Shown here piece after piece: positions 58,077 through 64,000 of a stretch of DNA of 64,000 bases. Both the position numbers and the translations under genes were made by a program. Numbering within the stretch: the first letter of the stretch is position 1; each line of letters opens with the position of its first letter. Source of the stretch: an uncultured Acidobacteriota bacterium. GTDB taxonomy: Bacteria > Acidobacteriota > Vicinamibacteria > Fen-336. Location of the stretch: the NCBI GenBank assembly GCA_963720545.1, contig OY970399.1, positions 544,001 through 608,000 on the forward strand, given 5' to 3'. The notes below the pieces were generated by a model. It saw only the letters and a program-made list of their open reading frames with translations, searched no databases and had not been told where the DNA came from.

Positions 58077-59516
58077 CTACCCCCGGGCGGAAAGAGCCGC
58101 GAGGAGGGCCTCGTGCAGGCCGCCGAAGCCGCCGTTCGACAAAATCGCAACGGCGTCCCCTGCCCGGCATTCCGCCTCCAGCGCCGCGACGATATCGGGC
58201 ACCTTCGCGATGAAGTCGGCGGGCGTGCCGCGGCTCGCCACCGCCGCCGCCAGCTCCGTTTCGGAGATGCGTTCCTGCGGCGGCACCTTGCCGGGCAGGT
58301 GGGCGCCGGCGACGAAAACCCGGTCGGCGCCGGCGAGGGCGCTCGCGAAGTCGTCGGCGAACACGCGGGTGCGCGACGTGTAGGAGCGCGGCTCGAAGAC
58401 CGCGATGAGTCTGCCCGGGCTGTTCGCAGCCGCCATCGTCGCCCGCAGCGCCTCGAGCGTGGCGCGCACTGCCGTCGGGTGATGGGCGAAGTCGTCATAA
58501 ATGAAGACGCCACCAGGCGTGCCGCGCAGCTCGAGGCGGCGCTTCACGCCGCGAAAACTGCGCAGCGGCCCTCGCAGCGCCTCGGGCGCAACCCCGGCCG
58601 CCTGGGCCGCCGCAATCGCCGCGAGCGCGTTGCGGACGTTGTGCGCGCCGGCCATGGACACGGTGAACTCCCCCAATGGCGAGCCGTGATGCACGAGGCG
58701 GAACGAGGTGCCGGATGCCGTGGCGCGCAGGTCGTCGGCGCGCCAGTCGGCGGCGTCGTTGCCGCCTCCGGCGCCGACTTCACCAAGCGCGAACGTCTCC
58801 ACCCGACAGCGGGCGCGTGGCAGCAGCTCGCGCACCGCGGGCGACTCGACGCCGGCGATCAGCAGCCCGCGTCGCGGGATCAGGTCGATGAGGCGGGTGA
58901 AGGCGAGCTTCACCGAGGCGAGGTCGGGGTAGATGTCGGCGTGGTCGAATTCCACGTTGCCGAGGATTGCGACCTGCGGCCGGTAGTGCACGAACTTGGG
59001 CCGCTTGTCGAAGAAGGCGCAGTCGTACTCGTCGCCCTCGATCACGAACTCTTCGCCTTCGCCGAGCCGATAGCTGCGCGCGAAGTCGTTGGCGATGCCG
59101 CCGATCAAGAACGACGGCGCCCGCCCGGCGCGGTCGAGCGCGTGCGCCAGCAGGCTCGTGGTGGTGGTCTTGCCGTGGGTGCCGGCCACCACGACCGCAC
59201 GCCGGCCGGCGGCGCCGATGAAGGCATCCCCCAGCAGCGCCGCGCCGCTCGTCATCGGCTGGCCGCGGTCGAGCACCACCTCCACCTCGGGGTTGCCGCG
59301 CGACAAGGCGTTGCCGATCACCACCAGGTCGGCGTCCCGGGGCACGTTGCCTTCGGCGTACGGCGTGCGGATCTCGATCCCCAGCTCGCGCAGCTGTGTG
59401 GACATCGGCGGATAGACGTCCTGGTCGGAGCCGGTGAGGATGTCGCCGCGTTCGCGCAGCAGGCCGGCGAGGCTCGCCATCGCCGTGCCGCAGATGGCGG
59501 CGACGTGGATCTTCAC
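58077..59516 (-). CDS. mpl: Murein peptide ligase Mpl (MurC family)
   Basis: ICGTAMASLA, VYPPMS, GTHGKTTT, EGDEYD.AFFDKRPKF, DDFAHHPTA, SNGGFGG. Confidence 0.92.
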   Translation of the reverse strand: MKIHVAAICGTAMASLAGLLRERGDILTGSDQDVYPPMSTQLRELGIEIRTPYAEGNVPRDADLVVIGNALSRGNPEVEVVLDRGQPMTSGAALLGDAFIGAAGRRAVVVAGTHGKTTTTSLLAHALDRAGRAPSFLIGGIANDFARSYRLGEGEEFVIEGDEYDCAFFDKRPKFVHYRPQVAILGNVEFDHADIYPDLASVKLAFTRLIDLIPRRGLLIAGVESPAVRELLPRARCRVETFALGEVGAGGGNDAADWRADDLRATASGTSFRLVHHGSPLGEFTVSMAGAHNVRNALAAIAAAQAAGVAPEALRGPLRSFRGVKRRLELRGTPGGVFIYDDFAHHPTAVRATLEALRATMAAANSPGRLIAVFEPRSYTSRTRVFADDFASALAGADRVFVAGAHLPGKVPPQERISETELAAAVASRGTPADFIAKVPDIVAALEAECRAGDAVAILSNGGFGGLHEALLAALSARG

Positions 59517-60472
59517 GGCGCAGCGTCCTTGAGGGTGAGGGTGACGGCCGCTTCGGTGACTGCGAACGACGCACGGCCGGAGGCTTCGCAGTAGAGCCGC
59601 GCCGCGCAGCCGAGCGGCAGGGTCAGCGCCGCGCTCGTCGTGTGGCCGGTGGCAAGCCCGACCGCCACTGGCCCTGCGAACCACGACAGCGAGTCCTCGA
59701 TCACGTCCTCGAGCGTGTAGCCGGCGTCCGGCGCGGCCTGGCAGCCCGGCATCTGGCCGAAGACGACGCCGCGCACGCCCTCGAAGGCGCCGGCTTCGCG
59801 CAGTTGCAGCAGCATGCGGTCGATGCGGTACGGCGGCTCGTTCACGTCCTCGAGCAGCAATATCGTTCCCGCCGGATCGGGCTTGAGGGCCCATGGCGTG
59901 CCACAGGCCGCGGCGAGGATCGCAAGACAGCCGCCTAGCAGCCGCCCGGTGGCACTTCCTGGGCGCAGCCCGAGCAGGTCGCCGGAATCACTGCGGTACG
60001 GCTCGCCGCTGCCGAAGAGTGCGTGCTGCAGCGAGTCCCGGTGCCAGCGGTCTTTCGCGAGGTCGCCCGCGACCATCGGCCCGTACAGGCTCACGATGCC
60101 GGCGCGATTCAGCGCCAGGTGCAGCCAGGTGAGGTCGCTGCAGCCGAGCAGGATGCGCGGCGGCTCGAAGAGGCGCGGATCGAGGTGGCGCATCAGCGAG
60201 CCCGCGCCGGCGCCGCCGCGCGCAGCCACCACAGCCTTCGCCCCGGCGACACCGCCGAACGCCCGCTGCAACTCGGCGCCACGGCTTGCGATGGTGCCGG
60301 CCGTGAAGAGGTGGCGCTCGTTGCGCAGCGCGCTCTTGTCAATGCGCAGGCCGAGGGCGGTGAGCGCTGCGACACCCTGCGCCAGCAGCGTCTCGTCATA
60401 GACGCCGGAAGGCGCGCACACGACGACGGTGTCGCCTTGCTGGAGCGCCGGCGGCTTGCGCCACGCCTTCAA
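59513..60472 (-). CDS. ldcA: LD-carboxypeptidase (S66 family)
   Basis: APSG, ARGG.G, GCSD nucleophile motif, LEDVNE..YRIDRML, GH. Confidence 0.88.
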   Translation of the reverse strand: MKAWRKPPALQQGDTVVVCAPSGVYDETLLAQGVAALTALGLRIDKSALRNERHLFTAGTIASRGAELQRAFGGVAGAKAVVAARGGAGAGSLMRHLDPRLFEPPRILLGCSDLTWLHLALNRAGIVSLYGPMVAGDLAKDRWHRDSLQHALFGSGEPYRSDSGDLLGLRPGSATGRLLGGCLAILAAACGTPWALKPDPAGTILLLEDVNEPPYRIDRMLLQLREAGAFEGVRGVVFGQMPGCQAAPDAGYTLEDVIEDSLSWFAGPVAVGLATGHTTSAALTLPLGCAARLYCEASGRASFAVTEAAVTLTLKDAAP

Positions 60473-61566
60473 TAGCCGCCCCGCGAAGCGATCTCCGCGG
60501 CGAGCGTGAGGCTCTCCGCGCGGCCGGCCGCGGCGCGCGCACGCGCCGGGTTAGGCTCCTCATGCGGCAGCGCGAAGCGTTCCTTGAGCGCGCGTATGCG
60601 GCGCAGCGACGCGTCGAACGGCTTCGGCGCCAGCGTTTCCGATTCGGCGGCGCGCACCAGGCCCTCGATGGCCGCCACCTGCACGTCCATGGTCGCGCAC
60701 ACCGGCAGCACGTCGCAGCCGGCCGCAGCCGCGGCCACCGCGGCGGTCGCCGGCTTCCAGCGCTTTGCGATCGCTTTCATCTCGAGGTCGTCGGAGACGA
60801 TGACGCCCGCGTAACCCATTTCGCGGCGCAGCAGGCCGTCGATGAGCCGCGGCGACAGCGTCGCCGGCATGGTCTCGTCGTACTCGCGGACCAGCACGTG
60901 CGCCGTCATGATCGAGGCGGCCTGCGCAGCCACCATGTCGCGAAACGGCCGCAGCTCGATGTCTTCGATACGGCCGCGAGAGTGCTCGATCGACGGCAGG
61001 TCGAGGTGCGAGTCGACGTCGGTGTCGCCGTGCCCGGGAAAATGCTTCGCGCACGACGCGACCCCGCCGCCTTCGAGGCCGGCGCTGAACGCAACGCCGA
61101 GCTTCCCCACCATCTCCGGGACGTCGCCGAACGAGCGATCCCCGATGACCGGGTTTTTCTCGTTGGTGTCGACATCGACCACCGGCGCCATGTCCCAGCG
61201 GATGCCGCAGGCCCGCAGCTCCACCGCCAGCGCGGCGCCGAACTCCCGTGCCAGCCGCTCGTCGCCGATGCGGCCCAGCGCCCGCAGCGGCGGCCATTCG
61301 GTCCAGGGCGAACGCAGCCGCGCCACCCGCCCGCCCTCCTGGTCCACGGCGATCAGCAGCGGCAGGTCGGCGCCGGCGCGGCGGTTCAGGTCCTGAAGTT
61401 CGCGGCAGAGCGCAGCCAGCTGCTCGGGGGACACCACGTTGCGGGCGAACAGGATCACGTGGCCGACGCCGAACTCACGGATCAGCGTTTTGACGTCCGC
61501 CGACGGGTCGGGTCCGTGGAAGCCCACCATCACCCGCTGCCCGACGCGCCTCACCAGGTCGCGCAC
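60469..61566 (-). CDS. nagZ: Beta-N-acetylhexosaminidase (GH3)
   Basis: ILFARN, DQEGGRVARL, KHFPGHGDT.VDSH, MTAHV, SDDLEM. Confidence 0.93.
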   Translation of the reverse strand: MRDLVRRVGQRVMVGFHGPDPSADVKTLIREFGVGHVILFARNVVSPEQLAALCRELQDLNRRAGADLPLLIAVDQEGGRVARLRSPWTEWPPLRALGRIGDERLAREFGAALAVELRACGIRWDMAPVVDVDTNEKNPVIGDRSFGDVPEMVGKLGVAFSAGLEGGGVASCAKHFPGHGDTDVDSHLDLPSIEHSRGRIEDIELRPFRDMVAAQAASIMTAHVLVREYDETMPATLSPRLIDGLLRREMGYAGVIVSDDLEMKAIAKRWKPATAAVAAAAAGCDVLPVCATMDVQVAAIEGLVRAAESETLAPKPFDASLRRIRALKERFALPHEEPNPARARAAAGRAESLTLAAEIASRGGY

Positions 61567-61568
61567 GT

Positions 61569-62042
61569 TCAGCCAGCGAGGCGGCGGCGGACGGCTTCGT
61601 TCACCTTCTTGCCGTCGGCCGGCTTGCCCGCTGCCGCGAGCGCCGCCAGCGCCGCCTTCATCACCTTGCCCATGTCTTTCGCGGTCGCCGCTCCGGTCGC
61701 GGCGAGCGCCGCCGCAACCGCGGCCTCGATCTCGGCGTCGGAGGCGCCTTCGGGCAGGTACTCGCGCAGCACCTTGACCTCGGCTTCCTCCTTTACGACG
61801 AGCTCATTGCGCGCGGCAGCGCGGAACTGCTCGGCGGAGTCCTCGCGCTGCTTGATGAGCGCCTGCAGCACCTTCTGCGCCTCGGCGTCCTCGAGCGGCG
61901 CCATCTTCTCGATCTCGCGGTTCTTGAGCGCGGCCTTCGCCATGCGCAGCACGCTGAGCCGCGCAGCGTCCTTGCTCTTCATCGCCGCCGTCAGGTCGGC
62001 GGCTACACGCTCGGTGAGGCTGATGGTGACGTTGAGGGCCAT
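61569..62042 (-). CDS. GatB/YqeY domain protein
   Basis: AMKSKD..RLSVLRM, KQREDSAEQF, YLP, KDMGKVM. Confidence 0.92.
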   Translation of the reverse strand: MALNVTISLTERVAADLTAAMKSKDAARLSVLRMAKAALKNREIEKMAPLEDAEAQKVLQALIKQREDSAEQFRAAARNELVVKEEAEVKVLREYLPEGASDAEIEAAVAAALAATGAATAKDMGKVMKAALAALAAAGKPADGKKVNEAVRRRLAG

Positions 62043-62061
62043 GGCGAGAGTATATCGGCCT

Positions 62062-62610
62062 TCAGAAGAGCTTCCTGTGCAGCTCGGGCGACGCCAGCAC
62101 CACGTCGCGGACGACCTCCACCCAGGTGTCGCGCGCGCCTTGCGGCAGCACATGGTGCGCGATCTTCTTCTCGGCCAGCAGCGAGTCGACGAGCTCGTCG
62201 ATCGAACGCATGAAGAACTGGTCCGTGTCGCGGAAGCCGTCGTCCCGCCCCGGCCCGGAGAGCGGCACCTTGAAGAGCAGGTCGTAGCTCTTCATCCAGT
62301 AGTCGACGAAGCGCTCGATGCCCTTCTGTCGGCCGCAGGCGAGCACCATGTAGGCGTAGTTGTCGAGCACGCTGCGGTCGCACACGACCACCTGGTGGTG
62401 CGCCGCCGAGCGGATCTCCTCGGCCACCTGGGTGGTGAGGATCCAGGTCTGCGCGTCGCGCGAAGTCTTGCGGTTGATCGGCAACGGCGAGAGCCGCGCC
62501 ACTTCCTTGACGATGTCCACGTGGATGTCGCGGCGCTTCAGCAGGGCCGCGACGTCGTAGCAAAGCGTCGTCTTGCCGACGCCGTGCGAGCCGATGAACG
62601 CCAGTTTCAA
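62062..62610 (-). CDS. P-loop NMP-kinase-like protein (AAA_28, NadR/Ttd14-like)
   Basis: GSHGVGKTT, EVAR, VVCDRSVLDNYAY, YDLLF. Confidence 0.75.
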   Translation of the reverse strand: MKLAFIGSHGVGKTTLCYDVAALLKRRDIHVDIVKEVARLSPLPINRKTSRDAQTWILTTQVAEEIRSAAHHQVVVCDRSVLDNYAYMVLACGRQKGIERFVDYWMKSYDLLFKVPLSGPGRDDGFRDTDQFFMRSIDELVDSLLAEKKIAHHVLPQGARDTWVEVVRDVVLASPELHRKLF

Positions 62611-62617
62611 GTGCGCG

Positions 62618-64000
62618 TCAGCTCGCGGTGTCGGCGGAGCGGGCCTTGCGGTAGAGGACGTAACAGATGAAGAGGAACGTGGCGAGCCCGAACAGCGAGC
62701 TCGCGAGCAGCGACGCCGGCAGGTGGCGGCCGAGGTTCAGCAGTTCGCCGGCGCGCTGCACCCGCGGATGGTCGAACTGCAGCAGCGCGTAGACGAGGCC
62801 CATCAGCGATCCGCCTGCGATCAGGCCGGAGCTGAAGAGCACGCCCGGGCCCGCGTCCGACTCGACGTCGCTGCCGCGCTTGCGATCGACGAGTGCCCGC
62901 ACCAGGCCGCCGGCGAACACCGGCGCCGTGGATTCGAGCGGCAGGTAGACGCCGACCGCGAAAGCGAGGGACGGCACGCCGATGATCTCCATCAGCACCG
63001 AGATGAAGACGCCGATCATCACCAGCCCCCAGGGCAGCTGCCGTGTCAGGATGCCGTCGATCACCAGGCTCATGAGCCGCGCCTGCGGCGCCGGCGCCTT
63101 CTGCGAGCCAATGCCCTCGACCACCTGGTAGTGCACCGCGCCTTCTGCGTCGGCCAGGTACTTGCCGTTCGGCACGCCGGGAATGCCGCCCACCGCGCGG
63201 CGGAAATAGGATCGGCCGTCGGGGCCGGCTTCGCGCGCGGCACCGGGATCGGGCGGCAGGCGGAAGTCGAATTGCGCCGGCACGGTGCGCGACAGCGCCC
63301 GGTTCATCAGCATCACCGTGCCGCCGATGAAGAAGACGCAGGTGACGACGCCGACGACGAGGGCAACCTGTTGCTTCCACGGCGTCGCGCCCACCAGGTA
63401 GCCCGCCTTCAGGTCCTGGCTGGTGGTGCCGGCGTTGCTCGAGGCGATGCAGACGACGGCGCCGATCGCGAGCGCCGCCGCCGTCTCCTGGTGGCCGGTG
63501 CGGCCGAGCAGCACGAAGATGACGCAGGTGCCCATGAGCGTTGCGATCGCCATGCCGCTGATCGGGCAGTTGGACGAGCCGACCTCGCCGGTGATGCGCG
63601 AGGCGACCACGGAGAAGAAGAAGCCGAACAGCACGATCAGCACCGCGGACAGCAAGCCGACATTGAGCTGCGGCACCAGCGTCATGACGAGCGCCAGCGC
63701 CGCGGAGCCGACCAGCACCACCGAGATCGGGATGTCGCGCTCGGTGCGCTTGCCACCGGCCTTGAAGAAGCCGGAAGACTTGCGCAGGTCGGCGAACGAG
63801 GCGCGGAACGAGTCGATGATGGTGGGCAGCGCCTTGGCGAGCCCGATGATGCCGCCCGCCGCCACCGCGCCCGCGCCGATGTAGCGGATGTAGTAGTTCC
63901 AGATGTCGTCGGCGCTCATCGCGCCGATCAGGATCGGCGCCGGGTAGAGGACCGCGGCGCGGCCCTCGCCGAACAGCGCTATCGCCGGAATCAGCACCAG
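62618..64000 (-). CDS. OPT-family oligopeptide transporter; C-terminal part, start outside the window
   Basis: IRYIGAGAV, GSSNCPISGM, AGTTSQDLKAG.LVGATP..QQ, APQA.LM, FAVGVYLP, SGLIAG. Confidence 0.92.
   Translation of the reverse strand: MVLIPAIALFGEGRAAVLYPAPILIGAMSADDIWNYYIRYIGAGAVAAGGIIGLAKALPTIIDSFRASFADLRKSSGFFKAGGKRTERDIPISVVLVGSAALALVMTLVPQLNVGLLSAVLIVLFGFFFSVVASRITGEVGSSNCPISGMAIATLMGTCVIFVLLGRTGHQETAAALAIGAVVCIASSNAGTTSQDLKAGYLVGATPWKQQVALVVGVVTCVFFIGGTVMLMNRALSRTVPAQFDFRLPPDPGAAREAGPDGRSYFRRAVGGIPGVPNGKYLADAEGAVHYQVVEGIGSQKAPAPQARLMSLVIDGILTRQLPWGLVMIGVFISVLMEIIGVPSLAFAVGVYLPLESTAPVFAGGLVRALVDRKRGSDVESDAGPGVLFSSGLIAGGSLMGLVYALLQFDHPRVQRAGELLNLGRHLPASLLASSLFGLATFLFICYVLYRKARSADTAS

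Overview
A high-GC, gene-dense bacterial chromosomal segment with no phage, transposase, CRISPR, rRNA or tRNA genes visible. The gene content suggests Acidobacteriota (Vicinamibacteria-like), but this is inference only. Main blocks: lolA plus a lipoprotein secretin; a 2-oxoacid dehydrogenase operon (lpd-E1a-E1b-E2-lipB); a heme operon (hemA-C-D-B-L-E-N-Y); a futalosine-pathway menaquinone cluster (mqnE, mqnA, mqnC, amidohydrolase, ubiA-, ubiD- and ubiE-family genes); a T2SS/type IV pilus-like cluster with a second secretin, downstream of a two-component system; smpB, pdxA, holB, tmk; and a peptidoglycan-recycling cluster (nagZ-ldcA-mpl) downstream of an OPT transporter. The best candidate for an undescribed system is a 161-aa four-helix membrane leader protein directly upstream of hemA. 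It has two same-side intramembrane His residues and a terminal RPPP arrest-like motif, and its last codons can base-pair with the hemA initiation region, which suggests a heme-sensing ribosome-stalling attenuator. The second candidate is a 407-bp nested-palindrome element between smpB and pdxA whose outer-arm mismatches are all G-U compatible on the + strand. At least seven single-base insertions break conserved genes and are most likely sequencing errors. All family assignments come from motif recognition by eye; no searches were run.
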